Shown here piece after piece: positions 43,619 through 56,577 of a stretch of DNA of 64,000 bases. Origin of the DNA: Octopus vulgaris (Eukaryota); NCBI GenBank assembly GCA_951406725.2, contig OX597818.1, positions 88,970,001 to 89,034,000 on the forward strand. Direction: 5' to 3'. The first letter of the stretch is position 1. Every line of letters begins with the position of its first letter. A model generated the notes under the pieces. It was given only the letters and a program-made list of their open reading frames with translations, was not told where the DNA came from and searched no databases. The position numbers were made by a program, and so were the translations under genes.

Positions 43619-45837
43619 CTAGCACTATGACCCGGTGTTGCCGGGTCTAGTGCTAGTGCTTGTTGTTCGTTGCCGGGTCGTAGTAAAAGTTTCTCACTAA
43701 ATCAAGAGCTAAATTTCTTATCACATTTCAGCCCGAGCTAGTTTTGTTGTTTATGAGCTAGATGGAGCTTTTTATGAGAGTAATTAATATTCATTGGACT
43801 TCGGTTTTCCCACATGGAACAGCATAAACATGGAAATTTAGTGGGATTGTGCACATGGCATTAGTCGGGGGGAAAAAAGGAGGTAGAAGAAAGCGAAAAA
43901 CTCGAATTTGGCGGCAAAATAGCATGATTTTGAAAATACACATAAATCTCATTTGTTGAGTTTTGGTTTCACGTCCAACCCAGTTCTGTGCAATCAGTGT
44001 CGTGACGGGAACGCATGGGTTGGGAGTTTGACTGGCAGAGGTGATCAAGTTGCACATGCCAGCCCTTTTGACACCACCACCCCATCACCTACCCCCCTCG
44101 TCCTATGAGTGAATAGCAATGGTGGGAAGAAAAGTGCTGATTCCGGCGAAAAGGCAGAGCAATTAGAGCACAAAAAACAGCATTCAAAGTGATTTTATGA
44201 GTATGATGCATTGAAGCAAGTAACGCAGTAAGGTCAATAGTTATAAGTTCATGACGCATAGAAGCACATAAGACAGCAAGGTTAACTAAGGTATAAATAA
44301 TATGTATGCCTTTTCGCCGGAAGGCTAATTGGGCTCCCGATCCACTGAAACGGAGGAGTTTAGTTTCAGAACATAACTAAGCCTTCAACTAAAACCTAGA
44401 CTAACTTTACGGGGCTCGGCAGCTTCTAATCCCGATCTCTCACTAACCCATCCTAGGGGTTCTAAATGACATGGCTGTAGAGGAAATTGGCTGTGGAGAT
44501 GTGCATGGCGGGTTTGTTTCAGAGGAGGACGACTGCATTATATTAAGGACCATTGAAGAAGGTAGCTTTGGAGATCCGCATTGGCGAAACTTGCCAAAAC
44601 TTACCGACAGCCTTCACAAAAAGGGACCTAGCCCTTAAACCTAACTTAATAAACATCTGACAAAGTGAGAATTGTTTTCGTTGAGGATAGCATTTGTATA
44701 CCAATGCATTTATAAATGCTTATCCAAAATCTCGTTGTAAACAATATTGCGGGTTTTACCCTCAGGGGCATATACAGACAGGGCATTCCTACTCCCAACA
44801 CGGGAGCAGGCAACATAAAGTTGCCCATGCGAAAAGGAGGGCTCGCCCAGATGTATTCCCGCGACTGAGAGTGTCTGTCCCTGCGATTTGTTAATTGACA
44901 TCGCAAAGCAAGGCTTCACCGGAAATTGCGTCCGGCGGAAAGTGAAGGGAATGTCCGATGGCGCAGAAAATATGTCCATTCTTGCAATGAAGACGGTTTC
45001 CCCCTTTCCTTGTCCTGTTATAATGGTCGCCTCAAATCAAGTCAGCGGACAATGACTTGACGACCAATCGCGTGCCGTTGCACTGTGTCGACGGACGCAA
45101 ATTCCGGATCAGCATGATGGGACAGCCCCACTCTCAGCCGAAATGTGTGAGGTGGAAGTTCCGATGGCATCAAAGAGTTCGAAGACTCGACCGGGTATTG
45201 GGCCTGGGATTCTTTCAATCGACTTGTACACACGTCATTTTTTTTTCATTTTTAATCCTACTTGAATAAAACATCCTGAGCTCTCGCTGGATAACTGAAA
45301 TCAACCGAAAGCATAAAAGTAAAGCCCTTCCTAATAAGATTCATTGGAAAGGTTCCAACTCTTTTATGGCATACTTAAGGAATGATAGCATATCAAGCAT
45401 ATTTGGTCTTTCATGAAAATCCGGCTCTCTTGTCATTCACTTGGTCTAACTCGATAATTATTCCCTGCATTTCTCAAATCAAAAACACAAAAATGCGTGC
45501 ATCCAACTGTCAAGGGTAAAATGATCTCCGTCCAATCAAAAAACAGCTGACAGTCTATTGGAGTATCTAGCTGTACGCACGCACCGCGTAAAAATTTCTG
45601 TTTTAGCGATTTTGAATGGATATGTCCATAACTTATGGGCATGAGGGGTCGGCTTATCGATTTTTTTTAATGGCTTTCTGGGGTGACTGGGGAAATGAAA
45701 AGATTTTCGTGACTACCCTCAGACAGATTTGAAAGCCCATAGAAAATGCGAGCCTTTTACGTGAAAACTGTAGATTTGTATACAGGACACAGAGACACAC
45801 AGATACACGGATATTTTGCCGTTTATCGATATAGAGA
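43619..45837 (-). mobile_element. Internally deleted Helitron (2219 bp)
   Basis: Minus strand begins 5'-TC (tctctatatcgataaacggc) and ends CTAG-3' with a GC hairpin gacccgg/ccgggtc; inserted between A and T with no TSD; carries a helicase remnant in the same orientation. Confidence 0.93.
44710..45233 (-). pseudogene. Helitron RepHel PIF1-family helicase, C-terminal remnant
   Basis: NSLMPSELPPHTFRLRVG / PIMLIRNLRPSTQCNGTRLVVKSL / FRRTQFPVKPCFAMSINKSQGQTLSVAGIHLGEPSFSHGQLYVACSRVG; frameshifted. Confidence 0.95.
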
Positions 45838-46629
45838 TAATTCTTGGAGGAAGCTGCTCGTTGAGTGGAAACAAAAGCAAAAGATAGATACAATTATGTG
45901 TATAGGTGTGCCAAAGTGTATATTTGTAATATTTTGTATACAGAGTGTGATTTAACTGTTTCAGGTTAGAGTCATCTATACGTTTGTATCTATATGTGCG
46001 CCTATCTTTAAAGCGATTCGTATGAGTTTGTTATTTATACTTAATAATTCTTGGAGGAAGTTACTCGTTGAGTGGAAACGAAAGCAAAAGGTAGATACAC
46101 ATGGTTTAATTCCGGAACATTTACAAAGGAACTGCAAAGGGGCTATCAAGGCACATTCGGAATTTAAAAAACAACGTGAGTGGAAAGTTTAGATGAGAAA
46201 TAGTAGACTCTACAACGCTTTTGCTTAAGCGGTTCCTGCAAATGTCTCCTAGAGATTACAGAAAATACAACATAGTCACGTAACACATTTACTTGCTTAT
46301 TAAGTGACTTGAGATGATATGACCCTGCAAGCATGCACGGACATTCGGTTGCATAGAATGTTTCAAATTTTAAATAGGTTTTAATCAACGATCAGTAATC
46401 ACTTTAACACTGCATCGAACAGAGTAGCGGATGTTGTTATATACCGCTTATCACAATGTGCTTCCTTGCATTGTCGCATTGCGTTAATACTCAGATGATT
46501 CCATCTCGCTGGCTTGGCGAGCAGGGCAAGACTCACTCTGAACGGAACTCCAGTGTGTGGCAGAGTTGACCCGCCTACAGTGGAGGAAATATACACACAT
46601 ACATGTATTTGTATATATTTACATACACA

Positions 46630-47265
<636 letters not shown>

Positions 47266-47586
47266 TACACACATATACAACTATGCACTGCTATGTGCAT
47301 TCATTTCTAAACGGATGTGTCGATTTGGATGCACGTGTTTCAATATTCATTTATCTTTTTATGTAAGGCAATACTTTCGACTTTTCTCGTATGCATTAAA
47401 TGAATACATAAAGTTATGTGGTCATGTGCAATATACAATATAAAGTAATAGAAGCTACCGTATATAGAAATGCTCAGATATACAGAGCATGCACAAATAC
47501 GTACGTACTATTACGCACGTCTATACGCAATTATGATACGCATAAATATTCATATATAAGCATCTGCACATAAATACGCATATACC

Positions 47587-47638
<52 letters not shown>

Positions 47639-47738
47639 TGTATGTATGTATGTATGTATATATATATATATATATGCATGTATGTATGTATATATATGAA
47701 TATGCATGCATATATTCATCTATCTATCTATCTATCTA

Positions 47739-47794
<56 letters not shown>

Positions 47795-48512
47795 CATACA
47801 TGTATATATATATGCATACATACATGTATATACATGCATACATATATATACAGATGTGTGTGTGTATTCATGGCTCTTAACATACATACATACAGAATGT
47901 CATTGACATTTACATATGGAGATAAATAGTTAATCACAAAATATATCATTCTTTGTTGTAGTTGTTGTACTTGTTTCCGGTACCAAAATTATTATTTCTA
48001 TTGCCTTTGTTAATATCATTATCAAGATGAATCTTTTTTTTTTTCCTTTGGTTCTTTCTTGTTTATCGTATGTTCGATCATATTGATATTTCATTTTGTT
48101 TTTATAGTTTTATAAAATTATTATCACGAAAAATTACTATGATGTTAGAGAGAAAAAATATCATTAATCTGTCAGTTCATTATAAATCATTAATATTGTT
48201 GTTGTTGTTGTTGTTGCTGCTGCTTTTGTTGTTGTTGTTGTTGTTGTTGCTGCTGTTGTTGTTATTGTTATAGCTGTTGTTGTTATTATGGCGGCGTACC
48301 GGCAAATCTATAGTGAGTTGTGAAAATCCTTGATGATATTTTGTTCCGACTCATTACGATCTCAGTTCGAATCCCATCAAGTTCAAAATTCTCTTTCATC
48401 CTTTCGGGGGTGTTAGAATATAACTACTAGTAAAGTATTGAGGTTGATGTATTGATTAACCCTCCCTCCTCAAAACTAATTATTAATAATAATTAAGAAT
48501 TATTATCATTAT

Positions 48513-48912
48513 TTTATGCTTGACTTTGCTTTGCATTTGTACAAGTTGGCTCCAAAGTCTCACCCAGAGACCTCCCCAGACAACAAGTTAGAAATACATG
48601 TTGGTCTTATGTCTAGGGTGCCATATATTTGGTTTTGTACATAGTATTGTTCTAGAAAATGTTTAAGAAAACATAAGAAAATTATGTTTGTTTTAAAATT
48701 TGAGATTACATAGACAGTATTTTACGTAGGATATGGGCAGTTCCCATGAGCATTATCTTTTGAATTTCTGCCATTTGGGTGGTTCTTTGTATCTGAGCTA
48801 GGTCACAATCAGCCCCTTTTGCTATCATTCCTAGGGCACTTATGACAACAGGTATTGTTTTAGTCTTGAGGTTTCACATTTTGCTCATTTCTATTTCAAG
48901 ATCTTTATACTT
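48513..48912 (-). mobile_element. 5'-truncated R4/Dong-like non-LTR retrotransposon in a (TAA)n context
   Basis: 48912-48706 translates KYKDLEIEMSKM*NLKTKTIPVVISALGMIAKG...EIQKIMLMGTAHILRKILSM*, the C-terminus of a restriction-like endonuclease; a ~190-nt 3' UTR ends in taatgataataat, and TAA repeats also lie at the 5' junction. Confidence 0.85.
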
Positions 48913-48921
48913 CCTTATTAT

Positions 48922-49140
48922 TAAGGCGGCGAGCTAGCAGAGTCGTTAGCACGTTGGACGAAATGCTTAGCGGTATTTCGCCCGTCGCTACGTTCTAAGT
49001 TCAAATTCCACCGAGGTCGACTTTGCCTTTCATCCTTTCGTGGTCAATAAATTAAGCACTAGTTGAGTACTGGGGTCGATGTAATCGACTTAAAATCTAC
49101 CCCAAAATTTGAGGTTTTGTGTTTCCTACAGAAAGGTTTA
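48922..49140 (+). mobile_element. SINE family B followed by (TTA)n
   Basis: taaggcggcgagctagcagagtcgttagc...cctacagaaaggtttattatt; an older copy lies at ~48290-48470. Confidence 0.88.
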
Positions 49141-49155
49141 TTATTATTATTATTA

Positions 49156-49204
<49 letters not shown>

Positions 49205-49273
49205 CATCATCATCATCATCAGTATTATCATCATCGCCGTCATTATCATTAGAGCGGTGAGCTGGCAGAATCT

Positions 49274-49757
49274 CACTCTCCTTCTTTCTTTCCCACTCCC
49301 TCTTCTTTTCTCACTCACCATTTCTCTCTCTCTTTCGCCATCTCACACTTTCCCACAATTTCTCTCCTACTCTCCCATCTCCCTCACTCTCTCTCTCTCT
49401 CTCTCAGGTCACATCTCTCTCTCGTCATCTCTCTCTCCCTTCATCTCTATTTCTCTCTCCTTTCCACTATCTCTCTCTAACCCTTTCTTTTCTACTCTCT
49501 CTCTTCTCTCTCTCACCCTCTCTTTCTCACCATTTCTCTCTCTCTCTCTCACCATTTCTTTCTCTCTCACCATATTTTTCTCACTCACTATCTCTCACCC
49601 TGTCTTTCATCCTTTCTCTCCTCTTTCTCTCCCCCTCTCTTTCGCTCACTATCTCTCTCTCTCCATTTCTCTCCCCAGTATCTCTCTCCTCCCTTTCTCT
49701 CCCTCTATCTCTATTTCCCTCCCCCATTCTATCTCCCTCCTTTCTCTTCCTCTCTCT
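49274..49757. repeat. Cryptic (CT)n polypyrimidine tract
   Basis: About 480 bp of almost pure C/T on the + strand. Confidence 0.95.
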
Positions 49758-50082
49758 GCATCGATTCACTAAATTCATTATATCGAAACAACGAGATGGA
49801 TCTTCCTGAATCTAAGGAGCGTAGAAAACAGGTGGAGTGAAATTCGGTGTGAAAAGAAGCTAAACCTTCAAAACACGCCATCACAAGTCTTCTAATGCTT
49901 CCTATGAAAAGATTCTGAAGAATCTTACTTTACTTACTTAATTTTTTATAACTTTTTTTTGCATATCTTCTCTTATCATACATATCATGTACAAGCGAAA
50001 AACAACAACAAAAAAACGGAAAAGGAAAATTAGACATTCATCGACCACCAATAAGGAAACACGCGTATAGATACGTACCTAC

Positions 50083-50163
<81 letters not shown>

Positions 50164-50327
50164 AATGAATATACATGCATACATATTCATGTATATATAT
50201 ATATATACATAAGTAATATATGTATATATATATATAAACATACACATAAACGTATGAATATAAACATATATATGTAATATACATACATATGTGTATATAT
50301 ATTTGTGTGTGTGATGTGTGTATGTGC

Positions 50328-50366
<39 letters not shown>

Positions 50367-50605
50367 GTGTGTGTGTGTAATATATATGTGCATATGTGTC
50401 TATGTATATATACATATATATATGCATACATGTGTCCATGTATATTTACATATGTATCTATATTTATGCATATATATATAAACACAAACATACACATGCA
50501 CACACGTAAACAATATATATATATGAATATATAAGTATATATATATATATATATATGTATATATGCATGTATATATATGTATATATATATATATATATGT
50601 ATATA

Positions 50606-50661
<56 letters not shown>

Positions 50662-51141
50662 CATATATGTCTCTGTGTGTGTGTGTCTGTGTGTGTGAAT
50701 ATACGTGACATGTAATGTATAAATATACATGTACCAATATGTATGGATGTGGATTTTAGAATTATCCTATCCTAGCTCGATATCTACGAGTGTCGATACT
50801 GATATACAAATATATAAATTTATGTATGCACCTAAGCGCGTGTATAACTATATGCATATACATACATGCATATATGCATGCATACATACATACATAAGCG
50901 TCGACATATAGTTCTGAATATGATTTACTTTTTACCTATTTCTTGTTTTAAATCAACGTAATAATATAATCGTGTGTGAAATATCAATATAATATATAAA
51001 AAAAATACGTAAAAAACTATAACTAATATACACACATTCCGATATATATAAGCATACACGAACACATATTCTAACACTGATATAGGTACAAACACACATG
51101 CAAACATACATGCAATATATTAGATAGATAGACAGACAGAC

Positions 51142-51196
<55 letters not shown>

Positions 51197-51198
<2 letters not shown>

Positions 51199-51535
51199 TG
51201 TTTTTATTAGCCACACAGGGCTGCACACAGATAGAACAAATTACAAGGTAGAGCTTTTCTTTTGAATGTTTAAAAAAAAAAAAAAAAAAAAAAAAAGTAA
51301 GGGGGAGTTTCGATCAAAAGGATCGTAAAAGGAGAGAAGGAGGACAAAAAAAGGGGGTTAAAAAAGGGGAGAGGAAGAAAAAAAAAAAAAAAAAAAATTG
51401 ATCAATAGGGATCGTTATCACAGAAATGTCAATAGAAGTGTAAAGGGGAGGACAGGTGAGGTTTACCCGTAGAAAAGACCACGGTAACCTCGGTCAATGA
51501 GTCACATTTATATTTCTTTTTTTTTTTTTTAGAAA
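51197..51535 (-). mobile_element. Probable LINE 3' UTR inserted in (TAGA)n
   Basis: Unique block flanked by (gata)n on both sides; the minus strand ends ...ctgtgtgcagccctgtgtggctaataaaaacata; no coding remnant. Confidence 0.55.
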
Positions 51536-51548
51536 TAGACAGACAGAC

Positions 51549-51638
<90 letters not shown>

Positions 51639-51647
51639 GTAGGTAGG

Positions 51648-51696
<49 letters not shown>

Positions 51697-52235
51697 TGAC
51701 AGAGAGACAGATAGACAGACAAATGCATGCATTCATGCGAATATGGAACCTCTATTATTGCTCCTTACCATAGAAGTATTTAATTATAGTTCCTTCACTC
51801 AACCATGTTTTGAATTTTGAAAACACGTATATGATTTTCAAGATTATATCGTCGATATTATATTAAACTGTCGTATGTCCAAATTTGGCCAAATGCATTG
51901 TTTTTCAATATTCATTTTGCCTTTCATCCTTTCGGAGTCGATAAATTAAGTACCAGTTGCGTACTGTGGTCGATCTAATCGACTGGCCCCCTCTCCAAAA
52001 ATTTCAGGCCTTCTGCCTAGAGTAGAAAAGAATATTTATTTTTTGCTTGCAATAGCCGGTTCTTTTGGTCAACTATCGTATCTCCACCTCCTACAGATGC
52101 CGAGATATCAAAAATTTTGTCAAAATGTAGTACAACGGTTTAGCTACAGAATAGTTGAACTAATTTTTCGTTTTCTGAAAAAGCAAAGTTTTGGACTTAC
52201 AACACTTTTGCATAATACCGACAATATGTATAGTC

Positions 52236-52275
<40 letters not shown>

Positions 52276-52321
52276 ATGTGTGTGTACATACACACACACA
52301 GACACACACTCATACACACAT

Positions 52322-52369
<48 letters not shown>

Positions 52370-52374
<5 letters not shown>

Positions 52375-52598
52375 CTTTTACTTGTTTCAGTTATTTGATA
52401 GCGACCATGCTGGAGCACCACCTTTGGTCGAACAAATCAACTCCGGGACTTATTCTTTGTAAGCCCAGGAATTATTCCATCCGTCTCTTTTGCCGAACCG
52501 CTATGTTACGGGGCCGTAAACACACCAACATCGGTTGTCAAGCGATGGTGGGAGGACAAACACGTGTGTGTGTGTGTGTGTATATATATGTGTGTGTG

Positions 52599-52645
<47 letters not shown>

Positions 52646-52798
52646 CGGGCTTCTTTCAGTTTCCGCCAACCAAATAACTCACAAAGCTTTGATCGGCCCG
52701 AGACTATAGTAGAAGACCAAGGTGCAACGCGGTGAGACTGAACCCAGAACCATGTCGTTGGGAAGCAAACTTCTTACCACACAGCCACTCCTGCACCT
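52370..52798 (-). mobile_element. SINE family A
   Basis: Full reverse-complement copy ending cagccactcctgcacct. Confidence 0.9.
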
Positions 52799-52851
52799 AT
52801 GTGTGTGTGTGTTTATTCTATAAATAATAATAATAGTATTTTATAAGCTTA

Positions 52852-53237
52852 CTAGCAGTATCGCCCGGCGTTGCTCAGGTTTGTAAGGGAAATAACTATA
52901 AAGCATTTTTAGAGAGTTATAGCCAAAAAATAGCAAAAAGATGGAAAAAAAAATGATGGTAAATTTTTTTTTTAGTTAAAAAAAGGTGGAGTTGCGTCCC
53001 CTAGACAGTTTGCGGTTTGTGTTTCTGATTGTCGACCCCATGTCGAATTTATCGATATTTTTCAGAACTGGGGGAACTTTTCAAAATTTTCGCTGCGTTA
53101 GTTTTGAATTATGACATTGGGCTACGTGTGTGTCGAGTTTCATCAGAATCGGTTGAAAGCCGTGGTCAGAGTGAGGGTACAAGAAAACAGACACACAGAA
53201 ACACGCACAGACAAACTGCCGTTTATATATAGAGAGA
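52852..53237 (-). mobile_element. Non-autonomous Helitron (386 bp)
   Basis: Minus strand 5'-TCtctctatatataaacggc ... CTAG-3', imperfect hairpin gcccggcgttgctcaggt, A|T insertion; termini resemble 43619-45837. Removing it restores gctta|taagcgatc as seen in the sister repeats. Confidence 0.85.
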
Positions 53238-53321
53238 TAAGCGATCACCACGCAATCACTAAAGAAAATAGTCCAAATAATGGAGCATATAAGCTCTCAA
53301 CAGAAAAAAATAAGTTTTTCT

Positions 53322-53393
53322 CGTACGTATGGGACTCGAACCCACAGCTCTTTGTTTATGCGACCAAGTGTGCTACCGTTACACCAACGCACA
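53322..53393 (-). tRNA. tRNA-like gene or pseudogene, Met(CAT)-like anticodon loop
   Basis: Cloverleaf: acceptor TGTGCGT/ACGTACG, D-arm GTGT-AACGGTA-GCAC, anticodon stem with one mismatch and loop CGCATAA, T-arm GTGGG-TTCGAGT-CCCAT. G33 and one extra base make it non-canonical. Confidence 0.5.
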
Positions 53394-53517
53394 ATCCTTC
53401 CTCATTTTGTCAGAATTAATGATTATAATTAATTCGCATTTGTTTTTGTAATCAAACATCCATGTGCTTTAACTGCGATGGTTTTGTTAAGCAGCGTCAA
53501 TTTTTACAATTCAGTAA

Positions 53518-53580
<63 letters not shown>

Positions 53581-53832
53581 GTAGTATTTTATAAACTTAA
53601 AGCTTCTAAGCGATCACCGCGCAATGACTAAAGTAAATAGTCTAAATAGTGAGGCATATAAGCCTTATACAGAAAAAATGTATTTTTTCCGTACGCGTGG
53701 GACTCGAACCCACACCGCTTTGTGTTGGCTGCTGCTTAACAAAACCATCGCAGTAAAAGGACATGAACGTTTGATTACAAAAACAAATACGAGCTAATTA
53801 TAGTTCTTAAATCCTACAGTAATACGCAGGTT

Positions 53833-53905
53833 TGTTCGTTGGTGTAACGGTAGCACACTTGGTCGCGTAAACAAAGAGACGTGGGTTCGAGTCCCACGCA
53901 TACTG
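53833..53905 (+). tRNA. Inverted paralog of the tRNA-like gene (loop CGCGTAA), probably a pseudogene
   Basis: gttcgttggtgtaacggtagcacacttggtcgcgtaaacaaagagacgtgggttcgagtcccacgcatac followed by a T-run at ~53917-53925; the acceptor stem is degraded. Confidence 0.45.
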
Positions 53906-54022
53906 TAAATTCCTACTTTTTTTTCTGTTGAGGGCTAATATGCCCCATTATTTAGACAATTTTCTTTAGTCATTATACTGTGATCGATTATAAGATTTAA
54001 GCTTATAAAATACTTCTATCAT

Positions 54023-54222
54023 TAAGGCAGCGAACTTGCAGAATGCTTAGCGGTATCTCGTCTGTCTTTACGTTCCGAGTTCAAATTCCGCCGAGGTCGA
54101 CTTTATCTTTTATCCTTTCGGGCTCGATAAATTAAGTACCAGTTGAGCACTGGGATCGATCTGATCGACTGCCCCCCCCCTCCCCTCCAAAATTTGGAGC
54201 CTTGTGCCTAGAGTTGAAAAGA
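54023..54222 (+). mobile_element. SINE family B (tail 1)
   Basis: taaggcagcgaacttgcagaatg...gagccttgtgcctagagttgaaaagaat; partial copy at 51915-52030, minus-strand copies at 56110-56312 and 58885-59100. Confidence 0.85.
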
Positions 54223-55450
54223 ATTTTGTTCACGTCTATTTGAAAACACAAGTAAGTGAACTTTTATATGGTCTCTGAATTTGCAAGAAATAACTGCTAA
54301 ATTCCTTAAAAGCACGGGGCAATATACAGAAACTAGAACCACTGAAATGATGAGGACGACGGCGATAACGACGACGATTATGATGATGACAACGAGGACC
54401 ACAGCGACGATGACGAAATCAACGACAACAACGACGACCACTACCACCACCATCACAGCAACGACGGTGGCGACGACGATGGGGGCGACGATGAGTATGA
54501 GGACGATGATGATAGCGGTGACGGTTATTGACCGTCGTCGTTGTCGTAATAATATCGAAGACGAAGATGTTAATAATGGCGGTTGCGTTCTCACAATTTG
54601 CCATTGTTTTGCAGTTGATGTTGTCGCTATTCTTACTATTGTCGTTGTTTCATTCTTGCTGCTTTCGTTATTGATGTCGCCGTCATCCGTGCTATTGGCG
54701 TTATTGTTCTTGCTGTGTTTGCTGCTGCCATTATCGTTGCTATCATCGATTTTGTTGTTATTGTAATATATGCGTGCATTAGTACATGCCCACCGCCAAC
54801 ATTAATGCCGCCATTTTTTTTCCTTCAATAATTTGATTTTTGGGGTTCTTTTTAAGAACAAGACAACATCATATCCACAGAATCTACATTATCCTTGGCG
54901 TCTCTCTCTTCTATTCACCCTGAATTCCTCACCTTTGTACTCGAATTGTCGTGTTCAAGGGAGCGTCGACATGTTGTAGGAGTCTGAGGATAATACATGT
55001 GACATAACAAAATCAGTGAGATGCAAGGGTAAATGAGGTGAGGATGACATAAGAGAACGCTAACGTGATGTAATGTTGTATCATGACCAAGGTAGGGAGA
55101 AATTCCAGAAGCTTTTTGAGTCATTTTCACATTCGCATACGTATATACAGACACGTATACAGATATGTAAAAGGTATACATACCCGACGAAACACGCTCT
55201 GTCACGCATGCACGCACACACAATTACATATATTGGCATACATATGTACATATACAGGCACACGCATACACACATGCACACTCATACATACATACATACA
55301 TATAAATATACTTATATATATATATATATATACATACATATATATACATATATACGTACATACATGCGTAAGTATATACGTATATGTGTGAATTGATAGA
55401 TAGACGAATATGTATATATATATATATATATATATATGAATAAACATATA

Positions 55451-55524
<74 letters not shown>

Positions 55525-55861
55525 TGTGACTAAGAAAACTAGTCATACGCATTAGAATGTAGAATATATTTTCATTTTTGATCAATACCCAACGGCGCTA
55601 CAAGCTTTTCAAATCTTATGATTTTCTTTAGGGGTATATAGGGTTAAGATTGCATAATTCACACCGATATATTTTTTTGAAAAGACACACACCCCACAAA
55701 TCTGTTTCTATGACAAATATAATTTACTCCCTCCCCCCACTACACACACACACATTAAATTTCTTTTTTCTTAAGCGACAGAAAGTAACGTAACTGACTC
55801 AGAGGTCGAAAGATTCCACTTTTGTACATTTCCGGCGATTAAAAGAAGGAAGAAGAAGAAT

Positions 55862-55956
<95 letters not shown>

Positions 55957-56038
55957 GGAGATGAAGAAGATGGAGAAGATGGAGATGATGATGATGAAGA
56001 AGAAAAACAACAATAACAAGGAGAATATGGAGAGAATG

Positions 56039-56110
<72 letters not shown>

Positions 56111-56335
56111 TTTTCTTCTATAGGCACAAGGCGCCTAAAATTTAGGGTGAATGTGGTTAGAAGATTACATCGGCTTCCATTGCTCAACTGGTATTTATTC
56201 TATCGACCCCGAAAGGATGAAGAGCAAAGTCGACCTCGGTGGAATTAGCACTCAGAACGTAAAGACGGACGAAATGCCGCTGAGTATTTATAAAGATTCC
56301 GCCAGTTCATCGACTTAACGATGATGGCGATGATT

Positions 56336-56380
<45 letters not shown>

Positions 56381-56577
56381 CATCTGATAATGGTGATTAT
56401 GTTGATCTGGTGGTGGTGGTGGTGCTGCTGCTGCTGCTAGGGATGGTAGTGGTGGTGGTGGTTGTGGTGGTGCTGATGGTGATGTTGATGATGACAACGA
56501 CGATGATGATGTTGATGATGAGGATGATGATAACGACGACGACGACAGAGGATGATGAGGATATCAATAATAATTTA

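Larger units (their letters stand above)
43451..46098. repeat. Tandem ~207-bp repeat (2 copies); the first copy is interrupted by a Helitron
   Basis: aaaggtagatac..attatgtgtataggtgtgccaaagt... at 43451-43618 continuing at 45838-45879; second copy 45880-46086; the unit restarts at 46087. Confidence 0.85.

Noticed and set aside
54208-54766. 128-161-aa ORFs rich in Thr/Met/Val/Leu
   Set aside because: Cryptic trinucleotide (GAC/GAT/GTT) low-complexity sequence overlapping a SINE tail.
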